Assembly (NCBI GenBank): GCA_951406725.2
Contig: OX597814.1
Location: forward strand, 37,696,001-37,760,000
Length of the DNA stretch: 64,000 nt
DNA from: Octopus vulgaris
Taxonomy: Eukaryota
Direction of reading: 5' to 3'
Position numbers and translations under genes: made by a program. The notes beneath the pieces were generated by a model. The model did not search any database. It saw only the letters and a list, made by a program, of their open reading frames with translations, and was not told where the DNA came from. Positions 41,137 to 55,244 of the stretch are shown piece by piece (the first letter of the stretch is position 1; every line of letters starts with the position of its first letter).

Positions 41137-43293
41137 TGTTACAAATATGTATTGTACCAAAAGTATTATAAGTTTTCTTATACACACATACTTAATCACC
41201 TGAAAAGTATCTGGTTATACATTATACCAGATCCTAAACAACTTCCATCTATTTTCATAAAATGATCTAATCTTACATATAGAATCATATTTTCATTATT
41301 TTAGATATTAAATGCCATAATATATGGACCTTTTTTGGAAACTTTGGTGACTTTTCTTTAAATAGAATTGGATAATCAGGGAATGCTAATTTCTTGATCA
41401 AATTTAAGTAATACACACTTTCTTTAGGTAGTTATTAATACAATATGATTATGAGGTTTCTGAATTCTCAAGGAATTACACAAAAAGCAATATTTTCCTA
41501 CCTAGAGAACAGTATATACAATCCTACCTTCAGAAAGATTTCTGTGGGTAAAGAAAGTTTGTTCAAAAAAATTATTTTCTGTGTTGTATAGACGAGTGGC
41601 TTGTCTTCATCTACAAACGACGGTTTTTCCATCAGTTATGACAAGTGAAGTCATAGTGCTTGCTACATTTTTCTATATTTTTTATTAACAGAATTTCTAT
41701 AATAATTGTTTATTAACTGATGCAATAGAGACGCTTATTTTATACTTCATAAGTTGTTTCCAATTCTTCAAACCTTTTCTTCCGTGCTAATATTTTTCAA
41801 ACTCAATACTTCACGGTATATTTTTTTTTTCAACACAATATCACAAATAACTGTCTCTAGGAGTTCTCTTTCTGCACAGACGTTAAATATACATAAAGTA
41901 CTTCAACAATATGTTCCATTCTAGATTCAGTATAAGAGCATACTGTTCACTTCTCATGTGAAGTGTTTTGACCGATTTGGTTCCTGTTTGAAAGCTCATT
42001 GGTTCCAAATTTTTAAAGGTCACCTCGTTGTCATAAACATATATTACATTACACCAATATGTTGAGATTAAAATAAGTATAAGAGATCTGCTGGTTGCAT
42101 CTTTGATGTTCTATTACGCATAATGTCGTGGGCCCGAAAGTATGTTGAAGGCTATATGCTACCAGTTTACATTGCTTGTAAACGAAGGTTATAGATACTT
42201 TACGTAAATAGATATATGCATGAGTCAATAGAGAAACACGTGTGTATATAATACAACCCATTTTTATCTTTTATTATTTGGTATTATGTGAGAACCATAA
42301 ATCACTTTCTAGTTCTTCACAATCATATGAACACGTCTCATAATTTTGCTGAAATATGCAGAAAGCATTATGAATTTGGTGTATTATGATGATGTCCGCT
42401 GAATAGAGAGTAGTGACTACATCAACGTTTATTTTAGGATTTATCTTCCTACTTCACTCATGAAATATAGGGGCAGGAAATAAAGTGGGAAGGAAAATAA
42501 GGAACGAAATTAGTGCGACTGTTGAATAACAAATGAGATTAAAACGAATGAAAAATGAGAAAAAAGATCGCAACATAGAAATACATGGATTAAAGGCAAG
42601 ATTAAACAGATGCATGGACATATAGACACACAGACAGATATCTGAATAGTTGGATTAACAAGAAGAGAGAAATAGACAAACTGAAACGAATTGGACCAAT
42701 GGAATAACAGATAAATAGGATGATAGAGATGAAGATGATATATGGAATTTAGTGAAGATGATAGATAATTCAGCTTATAATGGCATGAAAGAAATTTCGT
42801 ATAGTGTGTGTGGTCTGGAGAAATATGTAATATCTGGCAGGCAAAGAACAATGCTAAAGTATATAAGCTAGGATGTTACGTAACATTGCACATTGGACAT
42901 CCTTACATCTTCGTAAAGATATGAAATCTGGTTTTCGATGTGTTATGCCCACAGGAAATCTCCAACAATATGCTCCAGTTACGCTCAGGTTCTTATCTGT
43001 ATTTCTTAATTATTTCCTCTTCCAAATTATATTAGATATCCGAACATTCACTGAATCGATAACAAATTTGCGAATATTGCATATCATACTGCAGTGTTTC
43101 GTTATTTCTCTATGTCTAGATTTTCTTGGTGATTCCGTGTTTTCTAAACATGATTTGAAATTGTTTATCCGGTAAACTTAATATTATTTAAGATCTCCAA
43201 GTGTAAGCTTGCGGTTTTCCCAGAATCAGAAGCGAAATTACAGTCAGTTTACCTTGTAAATAAGATAATTACGTAGTATGCTTAATGATGCTG

Positions 43294-43410
43294 ATATCGG
43301 TTTCATATTTTGGCACATAAACAACAATTATTATGGAGAGCAGGAGAGCATAAAGCGATTATATCGACCCCCAAATGATGGTAGGTAAAGTCCCCCTTGG
43401 CTGAATTTGA
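43294..43410 (-). mobile_element. Partial SINE (family 1)
   Basis: TTTTGGCAC tail, CGATTATATCGACCCC and AAAGTC..GAATTTGA. Confidence 0.6.
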
Positions 43411-43450
43411 TTTAATAATATTAATATTAAGATTAACTTAGTAGTCATTT

Positions 43451-43667
43451 GGGTGGTGAAATGGCAGAATCGTTAATATGCTGAACGAATTGCATAGCAG
43501 CATTTCGTCTGTCTTAACTTTCTAAGTTCAAGTTCCGTCGAGGTCGACTTTCCCTGTGATACTTTGGGACTGATAAAGTATATATCATTTGATCATTGAG
43601 GTCGATGTAATCGACTTAGCCACATCCCGGAAAATGCTTGTCTTGTGCCAGATTTTGAAATCAATAT
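43451..43667 (+). mobile_element. tRNA-derived SINE (family 1, alternative tail)
   Basis: GGTGGTGAAATGGCAGAATCGTTA head, AGTTCAAGTTCC B-box, GAGGTCGACTTT, GGTCGATGTAATCGAC and CTTGTGCCAGATTTTGAAA tail. Confidence 0.85.
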
Positions 43668-44132
43668 AAAAACGATCATTAAAGTACAAAGATAAAATAA
43701 AGGTGAAGCTCTGTTAAAATTTACGCAGACAAAACAGATATGTACATGTTGCTAACTAAGTAAATACTTTGTAAAGCATTATATTTCACCTCATATCTTA
43801 AAAATTATAACGTGGCATGAAACAAGTTGTCAAATTCGGAGAGGTCTTTTGGAGAAGACATCAGTTAGTGTTAGCTCAAATAAATTGATAAATTATGTAT
43901 TCAATAATACGTTGAATTCAAATTTCACTGCTGTACATTCTGACCTATATCGTGCTTGTCTTCTAAAATCAGCCCCCGCCCAAAAGCTCGCATACATCAT
44001 ACACATTTTGAAATAATAAGCTCCAGTTACTCATCACTTTATGTATGGTATCCTCATGGCAGCAAAATTTAAATAAATTAACATTTAAACATAATACTGA
44101 ACACACACACGCACACACATACATACACACAC

Positions 44133-44165
<33 letters not shown>

Positions 44166-44289
44166 TGCACACACATACATATATATTGGAAGATGCGTGA
44201 AATCCTTGGTACAGTTAGGCATATTTGAAAAAGAAAAAGATTGATTTCACTGGTAGTTCTAATTTAATTTTTTTTTTGATAATATATTT

Positions 44290-44365
44290 TAAGCCTGGTA
44301 TTTATCCGATCGGTTTCTTTTGCTGAACCGCTAGTTTACGGCGACGTAAGAACGCCAGCATCCGC
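44290..44365. mobile_element. SINE-like fragment (family 3)
   Basis: AAGCCTGGTATTTATCCGATCGG..TTTTGCTGAACCGCTAG..GACGTAA resembles 26905-27068. Confidence 0.45.
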
Positions 44366-44448
44366 ATTTTTTAAAACAAAAAGAGAATCCCGTTATTGGG
44401 TATGGGGCGGAATAAGATTTATTTTGTGTTTGCTACTGATTTGTACGT

Positions 44449-44513
<65 letters not shown>

Positions 44514-44529
44514 GTATATATACATATAT

Positions 44530-47500
44530 TGTTGGCATCCTTTTTGTCTCGAGAGACAATGGAGTTGCGCATAAAGTAGTCTAGTCCGGCTTTTACATTT
44601 CATGTCCTGATACATTTCCTGCTGTGGCTGTGCAGTCCTATCCTGGACAAACACTCCCTCTGGCAGGTACCGCAAATGTAGCGAAGACTGTTCCTAGCTG
44701 GTTGTAATGCCATAGTTTCTTGTTGACGTCTTTTCTTGTCTTTCCATTTCTCCTCTCTCTCTCTATCACTCCTTTGTATTCCCTCTTTTACTGTACGTCG
44801 CCAGTCTCCACGGTTGCCGGCAACTGCCTCCCAGCCGCTAATATTGATGTTGCACGCCTTCATGTCCCATTTGCAAACATCTTTGTAACGTAAGAACGGT
44901 CTACTCACAGACCTAGTACCCCTAGCAAGCTCTCCGTAGCGTATGTCCTTGGGGATTCTGCCATCTTTCATACGGCTAACATGCCCAAGCCATCTCATAC
45001 GTCTTTGTGTAAGGAGTGCAAACATGCTTGGTATTCCTGCTTGCTTGAAGACATCTTTGTTGGAGATATGATTCTGCCATCTGAATCGGAGGATTTGGCG
45101 GAGGCAGCGCAGGTGAAGTATGTATAGGCGATGTTCTTAGCGTGTATATAGCGTCCAAGTCTCACTTCCATACAGTAGAGTGCTAAGTACACATGCCGGT
45201 TAGATCTTCATTTTCGTGGTCTTGGTCAGCTTATTGTTGTCCCAAGCCCGTTTGGAGAGTTGGGCCATCGCAGCAGCTGCCTTGCCAATGCGTATATTGA
45301 GCTCAGCATCAAGGGATATGCTGTAGGTGACGGTAGAGCCCAGATAGGTAAACCTCTCCACCTCTTGTAATCTGTGGTCTACAATATGTATGTTTGGGAT
45401 GTCCGATGTAGCCTGACCAATGATGTTGGTCTTCTTAAGGCTGATAGCTAAGCCAAAGTCGTTACATGCTTGCTCAAGTTAATGAGACTTTGGAGGGCTT
45501 CTTCCGTGTGTGATACCAGAGCGGCATCATCAACAAGTAGCATCTCCTTGATCAGGACGTTTCTGATTTTGGTCTTGGCACACAGGCGCGAGAGATTGAA
45601 CAGTTTCCCGTCACTTCTACTGTGCAGAAACACTCCATCATCTGATGTCTGAAAGGCATGTGAGAGTAAGAGCGAGAAGAAGATGCCAAACAATGTAGGA
45701 GCAAGGACACAACCTTGCATTACCCCGTTTTTTTTTTATTTGGAAGGCGTGTGATGTTGAACCGTTGTGCTGTATGTTGCCTTGTATGTCATCATTGAAA
45801 GACTTGATGATCCTCAGCAGCTTTGGTGGACATCCGATTTTTTGGAGCAGGATGAAGAGGCCTGTTCTGTTTACCGAGTGAAAGGCCTTTGTTAGATCAA
45901 TGAAGGCCATACATAATGGCATTTTCTGCTCTCTGGAGTTCTCCTGAAGTTGGCGTATGGAGAATATCATATCGATAGTTGATCTGCTTCTTCTAAAGTC
46001 ACACTGCGATTCCGGATAGATTCGAGAAGCAAGTAGTTGTAGCCTGGCCAGGATAACGCGGGCAAAGGTCTTTCCAATTGTTACAATCACCACGGTCACC
46101 TTTGTGTTTGTAAAGCGTAATTATGTTAGCATCCCTCATATTCTGAGGGACTGTACCCTCTTCCCAGCACTGACACAGAAGCTCATGAAATGCCGAAGCA
46201 TGATGGTGTTTTGGCCGGCTTTGATGATCTCTGAGGGGATGCCGTCTGTTCCCGGAGCCTTGTTTCTTGCTAGGAAGTCAACAGCCTTGGTGAGCTCTGC
46301 TATAGATGGCGAACTGTCAAGTTCGCACATGACTGGCAAGATCTTGGCACTCTCGACTGCAGCCTCAGCCACTGTAGTCTCCCGTGAGTAGAGATTCTTG
46401 TAGTGCTCCACCCATCTATCCATTTGCTTGCTTTGATCCCTGATGCGATCTCCAGTAGTTGATTTCAGAGGGGCTGACTTGGTTGCGGATGGACCGAGGG
46501 CCTTCTTCAAACCGGCATACATCCCACGGGTGTCGCCCCCGTCAGCAGCTAACTGGATACTCTGGCAGATTTCCTGCCAATACCTATTTGCACAGCGTCT
46601 GGCTGTCAGTTGGGTTTTATTTCGTGCCTTCCCGAGTTCTTCGAGTGATTTTGTAGAAGAGTAACTCTTGTATTGCATCAGAGCTGCACGCTTTGCTTCG
46701 ATTACTGGCTCCAGCTCTGAGAGCCCAACATTGAACCAATCTGGGTTTTGCCTTTCTCTCATGCCGAAAGTATCTATTGATGTCGTGTACAAAGCTTTCC
46801 TGATATAGTTCCACCTATTTCAGCAGAGGAGTTTGGGCAGCTACTGAGGGCAACCTTGATAGAAGCAGCAAAACATTTTCGTAGTGTAGGGTCCGAGGTT
46901 CTGGCAGTGTTAATGCGTGGTCGGCCCACTTTCTTGGAGCGATGGACTGTTTTTAGGCAGAATCCTCAACCTACTTCTAATTAGTGAGTGATCTGTATCA
47001 CAATCCGCGCTGCGGTAACTGCGGGTCAATAGAATACAATTCATAAAGGATCTCCGTGTAATGATGAGATCCAGCAGATGCCAGTGGTGAGATCTTGGAT
47101 GTCTCCAAATTGCCTTGTAGGATGGCTTGTTGGTAAAGATTGTGTTTGTGATGCACAGGTTATGGTATGTGCAGAATTAGTGTAGTCTCTGATCATTGTC
47201 ATTTATGTTGCCAATACAAAAGTGTCCAACACAAATGGGCCACGAATTATGGTCAGATCCCACGCAAGCGTTAAAATCCCCTAGAAAGTAGATACATTCT
47301 GTCGTTGGTATATTTTCTATGACATAGTTGAGATCTTTGTAGAAGTGGTCCTTGGTCTCCTCTGAACTGTAGAGAGTGGGAGCATAGATGCTGAGTAGAT
47401 ATACTGAGCCAGAAGAAGTCGAGAGGCGCAGTGAGAGGATACGCTCAGTGCCTCCTGATGGTGGTTCTATTGAGGAGAGTAATGAGTTTCTCACTACAAA

Positions 47501-48341
47501 GCCAACGCCATGTTGACGAGGTTCTTCTGGATCACTTCCCTGCCAAAAGAAGGTTAAATCCTGCTCTTTGAATTTGCCGTTTGAGGGAAGTCTTGTCTCC
47601 TGTAGCCCAGCAATGTCTATGTTGAGCCTCTTTAGTTCACGGTCAATGATGGCTGTTTTCCTTGTGTCTTCAACCCTGAGTAGGTCATCAGATATTCCAG
47701 GGCGCATGGTCCTGACATTCCAGCTTGCCAACCGCAGGACTGGTGGTTTCTTGACTTTTAGTTGTTTGCCTGGTGCAGAGGTTGCAAGCCGCTTTTCAAG
47801 TCATACTCTTTGCTCCAAGCACCCAATGAAGCAGGCGGCCTGTGGCGGGTCTGCACCTTAGTAACTGGGGGCTGCCCAGCTTGAGGTGGGCAGTAGCTAA
47901 CCAATAGGACACGGAGGTCCCTCCCACCGTCAGAGGTAACCCATAGCGCCCATATTTTACGCGAATCTGAATGGACTTATCACTCGTGACTGTTATCTCC
48001 CATGTTGTTTCTGCAGCTTTTTACAGCAGCACTGAAGTGTCCTCTCTAGTTTTGCGGAGGCCTAGGCTAGAGATAAGGTAGCCTAATCGCCAGGTTTCCT
48101 CTCTCGACCTTGCCGATGTAGTCCAAAGGAGTGCAGAGCATTACGTTTGGCACCAGCTTGGTTAGAGGAGCTGCCGGAAGAGTGTCGAGTCGAACATTAA
48201 ACCGCCTTCGGGACTCCACTCCGGATTTCTTTGAAGGTTGTCTCCTTTCCGTAACCCTGGATAGGGGCCCATACCGAGTACTGTCAGCCGGAGCCAGCTG
48301 AGCCCGGAACTAGTGTCAGGCAGGGTCGTCACTCCCTGAAG
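44530..48341 (-). mobile_element. Full-length RTE-clade (BovB-like) LINE, inactivated
   Basis: Single APE-RT ORF remnant preceded by a ~550-bp GC-rich 5'UTR and followed by a very short 3'UTR. Candidate TSD TATACATATAT lies at 44519-44529 and 48342-48352, within (TA)n. Confidence 0.93.
44600..47780 (-). pseudogene. RTE AP-endonuclease / reverse transcriptase ORF with multiple frameshifts
   Basis: ASWNVRTM, LQETRL, IYAPT, LGDFNA, HPRSHHWHLLDLII, TDHSL, KAPGTDGIP, PESQCDFR..RSTIDMIF, AFIDLTKAF, QGCVLAPTLF, LLVDDAAL, RRMRWLGHVSRM and terminal CGTCQRECLSRIGLHSH. Confidence 0.93.
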
Positions 48342-51169
48342 TATACATATATATATATATATATATTATATGCACACAGAGAGGCATAAATGAATTAGAG
48401 ATATATACCGTCGAAATGTCCTTATGTAATTTAACTATAATTCATGCTCACACACACACATTCATCTACCTCTTTTATTTTACTTCATATGCATTGCTTA
48501 ATCTCAGTTCCCCATGACCATATTTTTAGCCGTTTCGTTTGCCTTTATTTCCCATTTCATTTTAAAATTCTCTAATTATCATTTTGTCTATTTCTCTTTT
48601 CCTAATACATGAGGTTGTATACGGGTAAAAGTCTAAACTTCCTCTGATAAGTATTTAGGGTTTTCTCTTTCTGAATTCCATTGACGCACTCAAACAAGCC
48701 GAAAATGTTAATAATGTGAGCGTAATACTACATCCAGAGAGTCAATGTAGCCTGAAATGTGTTTCGTAGACTTTCCCGTAAGAAAGGCATCAGTTTATTG
48801 CTAAATTTACGTACTAAATTTTGATTTTATACAATTATTACATCCTACTGCTTTATTTATTGATATATGTTACACACGCATCACATTTAGATGAGTGTAT
48901 ATGTGTGTGTTTTGTCTGTGTGTGTTTATAAATGAATGTTGCTTTTCATCTATACATGTTTTTAGTTTTATAATTGTAATGGGAGCCTCTTATAAGCAGT
49001 TTTAAGAAACCTTCGATTCCTTTAATTCCATATACATTCCATTCCAAATCTTACAACTATTAACATAAAATGTATTGCACGTCTTATCCGCTCAAACTCT
49101 TATTGTTATATGAGTTTGTGAGCGTGCGTTTTTCAATCTGTGACTGCGTGTGTGAAATTCTTAGGATTTCATACTGATGATATTTTAATATAATCATAAA
49201 TATTGTTTTAATATATTTGCTTTCTTTAACATATTCTGTAGAAAAAAAAATATTGAAAAATCTGTTACATTCACTTCCTTTTGAATTGGTGATCAAATTG
49301 AATAGCTGACGTTCAATATTTACCATGTGAAATTGATCATGTCACATATCACTTGTTATTTTCTCCTTGCATTAAATGCATTGCGTGTTAACATGTGAGA
49401 TTCAGTTATCTTGTCTAATTCAAGCCTCTTCAAAGAAATTCATTGATTTTTTTAAGGAGACTTTGATCTAACACTTTCATAAATGTATCGAATATTAAAA
49501 TGTTTATTGGAAAATTAAAAGATACTTGAAGCCGTTACATTGTAGATTATCGCATTATTTAGGATGTAGATATTTAAAGAAATTGGAATAAATAAATTTT
49601 AAGGTGATACAAAAGAAAAGTGATTTCAGGATATACTCTTTGAAAAATATTTCGTGAGCATTAAATATATTTTCTTGTTAGATTATGCGATAAAATGAAT
49701 TGCATCATCTTAAATACTTAAGGTGAGGAATAATATCTGGAGTATATTTCCTTAAAGAAATTTGAAATAAATTTTTAATGTATTTTGTTCTTCAGGCGGC
49801 TATAGTTCCTATGTACGCACATGAAAACCTTTGTAAAGACTTGTCATTCCTCTACATTGAATACATAGGTGAACATAGTTTTTATGATCCGTAAGAATAC
49901 AAATATGCTTATGAAAGTAGGAGAGCGCTCGCGCGCACTAGTGTATTTTCTATGTTTGTCTTAGCGCGTTGAGAATGTTCGTCTACTTTCTAGATAAGAG
50001 AAATTCTAAGGAATGAGAATATAACGGAGAAATAGAATAACAGCATGAGCGATGTGGTGAGGAAGAAACAGAGTAGCTGGAAAAAGGGATTTTCCTGAAA
50101 AAGGAAAGGGAAATAAACGATGTCCAGTTGTGTTGCATGTCTTTATCGAAGAAAGCGGTAAACAGATTGATGTAGATGCGAAACGATACTCATAAATTTA
50201 TTAACTAACGAAAGTCTTAAGATAAATGCAGTTTCTTATAGATTTAAAATAGAGGAAACCTGATAATATGAATAGAAGAACCAGAGACTTCAGTACTTTA
50301 TGAATGATGCAGAAGCCGGTTGGTGAAGTCTTCCATTCTAAAGAAAATCGCATTCTATGAGGCTGTTTGATCTGTTCGAAATTACAGTCATATCTAAAAG
50401 TAAGTTACTCACCGTCATTTTAAATAGAATCGGTATACCTTGGATCATGTTCTTCCTGAGATTACAAAATGGAATATAAATTATGTAATAACTGTACCTT
50501 ATTGAAATGTGACAAAAATTCTGCAAGTAATACACCATTTTCATAATTGTAGATACGAGACCTATCTGATGAGGGAGTTTTGATCTGTTTAGTCTATAAA
50601 AAAATCCCACCTGCAGCTGATGTGGTGAATAATATGTTGGTGCTTTATCTCACTTTGGACTATTGCATTCTAGTTCGGAGAAGTTTGCTGATGTCTATGT
50701 GTAAATTCTGATCCAATAAATTCCACTTCATTTCATAACAGGCTGCAATTGCTAAATTTCGCAAACTTTTCTCTTGCATGAAAGAGGAATATTTTTCTGG
50801 CGAGGCAAATTCGTTCAGCTCATGTAATACGGAACTTTTGTGTGGTGAACGCTTGCATAAAATGACTTCATGGTAAGGTTAAATGGCAGAAGTTTCAAGA
50901 CAGGTAAAATGATGAAACTCGTATTAATATCCGATGGGAAAGAGCTGGTATATGCAGCATGTTGGCAACATTGAAAGGTAATGACTAAGGAAACCAAAAT
51001 AAAGAACGACTACATTGAAAATACTCCTTGCGAGGAAACTTGGCTATCTGTATAGCTTGGGCTTTAACTTTGCTCGAAACTATGAAGAGACCCAACCAGA
51101 CATTCTGAAGGAAATAATGGAAAGAGAAGGGTATGATGATGATTGAGGAGGATATGTCAGACCACAAAA

Positions 51170-51306
51170 GTGGTACTAAATTTACCGAGCCCGAAAAGAT
51201 TAAAGGCAAAGTGTACCTCGGCGAAATTTGAACTCAGAAAATAGCGGCATATGGAATACCGCTAACCATTTCGCCCGACGTGAAATGATTCTGCCAGCTT
51301 GCCGCT
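51170..51306 (-). mobile_element. tRNA-derived SINE (family 1), tail-less
   Basis: GGTACTAAATTTACCGAGCCCGAAAAGATTAAAGGCAAAGT..ATTTGAACTCAGAA..GATTCTGCCAGCTTGCCG. Confidence 0.85.
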
Positions 51307-53951
51307 TTGGAAAGCAAATAATATCATGAGGGAAATTTTGCTCAAAGGATAACTGAGTTCTCTCAAACTGTATAGATCAGCTCCCCATATTACATGTTTG
51401 ATTTAAAATTTAGACCTAAACCAGATTAAAAAACGGGTAATAATTTAAGACAATCTAAATTGTAGATGGTCTATGAAATCACAGTGAGTTCCGTTTCTTA
51501 CTTGGTAGATGCTTTCCCTTGTATGTGCGTAAGGAAACGAAATTAAATTCAAGAGGCGATTTTTGCATTTTCAATTATTGTTTACATAGAAATGTAAAAA
51601 ACTGAGACTTCATAAATCATTCGTTGAACAAAGTTCTTTTAATTCTTGGAAGATATAATGTGAATACATCACTAAGTCTGCAGTAGAGACGAGCTTTTCT
51701 TTTTCACCGACTAAAAGAGTGTTTACTCAATCCTTGTAATAACACATGAATTAAATCCAAGAAACCTTTCTAGGTTCTTTGAGTTTAGGTGTAGATCAAA
51801 TTCAACAAAAAACTGCAGCAGTTTTAATAGCTCCAATCTTCTTGGTTATTTTATCATTTGTATCTTATGAAGACGCTGTAAATGTAACCGAGTTAAACTC
51901 TATGCATTTGTGGTTGCAGACATTTTCCGTTGCTTTCTAGAATCGCATTAAACTGTAACGAAAACACCGTGAGTAGCAGGGATAGCATTGGTTGTTGCCA
52001 TTTTAAATCAAAACAATTTAATTTTCTAATAAATTCAATTTGTTTACAAGAAAACAGAAAAAATACATCATAATTGAATAAAAAGAAATTCAGACAAAAT
52101 AAAAGCAAGCGGTACACTCTTAAACACAGATATGCGCAATGAATGTGTTGAAAAAGAAAAATTGCACAACAAAGAATAAAATTAAGCAGCAGCAGTAGTA
52201 GAGTCTACGTATTACGTCAAATGGAGTGGGTACAGAATGGAAGGAAAAAAGGAGATATGCGCAAAGTAATGCTAAGAGGAATTTCAGAATATGAAAATCT
52301 CCGTCAATGTTTTATAAATACGTAGGTTTATCTTTTCCAAAGTTCTTTACGTCGAAGTTTAACTGAAGCAGCATTCTGAAGTGTTTAATTACTGTTCAGA
52401 CGAGGAGGAAGATATTTCCTCTTTGTTCTCAAACAAAATTGATGAAACGCTTGTCTGGTTTTAAAATTTAGGACTGGTGCGTCACACAACTGCCCAGTAG
52501 GTCCACATTCTGCACATGTATTGGCTTATGCAAGAGGTAAATGTAAGTGTACTCGCTGTCGTCATATTGTGGCACAATCGGTCTACGACCCAGATACTCC
52601 GGAATTACAAGTAGCGCCATTGTATAATGATTTACTTAAGGCAATTCAGAAGATTACAAAAATCTACCAAAACAATGACAAAATGACGATATAGAAGGAA
52701 AGAAATACATGAAATTGATGGTCGAAGTCAGAAAGCTTATCTACAGAAGCTATAATAAAACGTTTCCAAACGTCTCGTGACATCAGTTTCGGCTCCCGGA
52801 ATGACATCGTTATTTACATTTGCCTAAGTCCAAAATCCAAATTCATATCCATCGACTCTAATATTAACTCGTCATCTAACAATAAACCAGGATATAGTAT
52901 ATTATTGGAATGGTGGTCCTAAAAGTAAAGCAAACATTATCCTCATGCAAGTCCCATCTTCATCAAGATTCTTACTGTATTTCATATACGAAGCGACAGT
53001 GAAATATTTGATGAAAAACCTCAAAAGATATGGACAGAAAATGAAAAGATATTTGCTGGTATGTGTGAAGCAATGTGTATCAATAAATGAATGATACACC
53101 AAAAACGATTTGTTCTTTGTATTGATCTTATATTTATAAAGAATTGTATTTCTTCTTAATTAGACAACCATGTAATTCATTCACGATTCTAGTGTGTGCA
53201 CCTCCTTCGCGATGTTATTGTGTAGTTCTTGTTTTAATCGTCTTTAGTGATAATCGCCTAAGTGTCAAACAGATATTTCCTTTTAATAGAAGATCGTCAG
53301 AGTTTTCTAAAATGTGTGTGGGAGTACAAGAACACAAACCATTTACACTATATTCATCAATTTTATGGTGTTATATATAATAGATTTTACAAGATATCTC
53401 TTACACACTTATTAAAATTATCAAATTTTCGTCTGATTGAAAACATTATTAATGTGATTGGCATTACGAGGAAAATGGTCAAACAAAAGAGATTGAACGA
53501 GTTCCGTGTATAAAAAGTTAGACCTATAGTAGTGTGTTGTTTTCGTAAAAATGGGGACAACGGAGAAGAAAAGGAGACACGAAAAGTAGTAATGGGAGTG
53601 ATGGAAGGCGAATACTTAAGAAATTTTACTTCAGGCTGCGACGTGTGGCGTAGGAAAAAAAGAGGAGAAAAATGACTCGGCATGAATGTATAAATATTTA
53701 TTAAGCATACACGCTCGTACACACAGATACACAGACATGTACATAAATATATATGTATAGTTTTATATATATTTATATAAAATATATACGCACACAAATA
53801 CATACACACACAATCACAAAAATGATGCACACACACAGAACCCCACACGCACACATGCACACATATATATATAGGCATATTAACATATATATAGATATAT
53901 ATATATATTTGTACATGCTAACAAATATATGTATATAAATATGCATATATC

Positions 53952-54597
53952 GGTACAGGACGTCGCAAAACGTCAACATGAAATACGGAATACATAAACA
54001 ATATGAAATAGTGAAATAAAAAATTCGAAATACGAAAACGACATGAAATAGTGAAAAGAAACAGTGAGGGCTGCTACGAAAAATAAGGAGGAACATTCTT
54101 TCACAGGAGAAAAGGTAGGAGAAGAGATAGACAAGTATGCGTCTGGTCTCTGCGTCACACCGAAAGAAAAGAATGATGAACAGGCGAGGAAAAGCAAGAT
54201 GGACGATGGTCACGTGTGAGCAACCAGAGAATAAAGGAAGAAAAGGGAGAGAGAGAGAGAGAGAGAGAGAGACAGATAGAAGACTGTGAAGGGGAGAAAA
54301 AAGAATTCGAGAAAGTATTAGAAAGAAAAACGTAAGGTGGCGAAGGGGTGGAAAGAGGAAGAATTAGCAAAAGATAAAGCATGTATATATGCCTATATAT
54401 ATGTATATATATATAACCGTTTTCTCGAAGGCATATATTGTCGTGAATTGCTCGAAATGTTGAGTAGATAAAAAGCCAAAAACTGCTGAGGGTCATACTT
54501 AATGTTACTTTTCTTGTTTTCCACTTGTTTCGCTCGTTGATCTGATGAGAAATTTGTTTTTGTACTCCATGTTGTTTACAATTTGTGACGTCCTGTA

Positions 54598-54600
<3 letters not shown>
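53952..54600. mobile_element. Non-coding element with inverted termini between (TA)n tracts
   Basis: TACAGGACGTCGCAAA..CAACATGAAATAC at 53954 pairs with GTACTCCATGTTG..TTTGTGACGTCCTGTA ending at 54597. Confidence 0.55.
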
Positions 54601-54645
<45 letters not shown>

Positions 54646-55244
54646 ACGTATTTTGTCAATGGCAATAATATATTAAGTTTAGTCAGAAGTGTTTACTTTG
54701 TACTAGGTAACAGAAATTCTTTAAATTTTCCAAGAATATGAAATGCAATGTAATGGAATAAAATATAATAAAATCAAACAAATCCCTTATTAAATTTAAT
54801 AATTTTTCATCGAGCGCTTCAGCATGTGCCTCTGTACATAGACATCTAAATAAACACACACGCACATGCACACATATACAAAAGCACACAAACGCACGGA
54901 CACACATGCACACAGGCACACACATATATTCACCTAGATACATGTAATGTTTTTCTATGATGCATGTATCGCTAAAATCAATTCAGTGGAGACGGTTTTT
55001 ACGAATTAAGGAGTAAACGGTACACAATTCAATTATTTATAGACTCAAACTAAAAACAAAATACTGTTGTATTTAAGGTATGTGCCATGGTGCAACTAAT
55101 TGTTGATCAACAATGTCGACACAGCCGCAACAAACAACAGGGTTACCATCAACAAACAAATATCAATAATATATCCTTAACATTGCCTCGTCACCAATCA
55201 CTCATATATTATCGCTTTTAATTACACTCCTCCTTGAACAAGTT

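Noticed and set aside
41200-42400. Possible decayed coding or transposon sequence
   Set aside because: No continuous frame or recognisable motif was found.
48240-48341. HDV-like ribozyme at the RTE 5' end
   Set aside because: Hairpins are present (CAGGG/CCCTG), but I could not build the nested double pseudoknot by eye. It needs a descriptor search.
50000-51145. Possible ancient LINE remnant ending in (TGA)n
   Set aside because: No diagnostic motif could be read with confidence.
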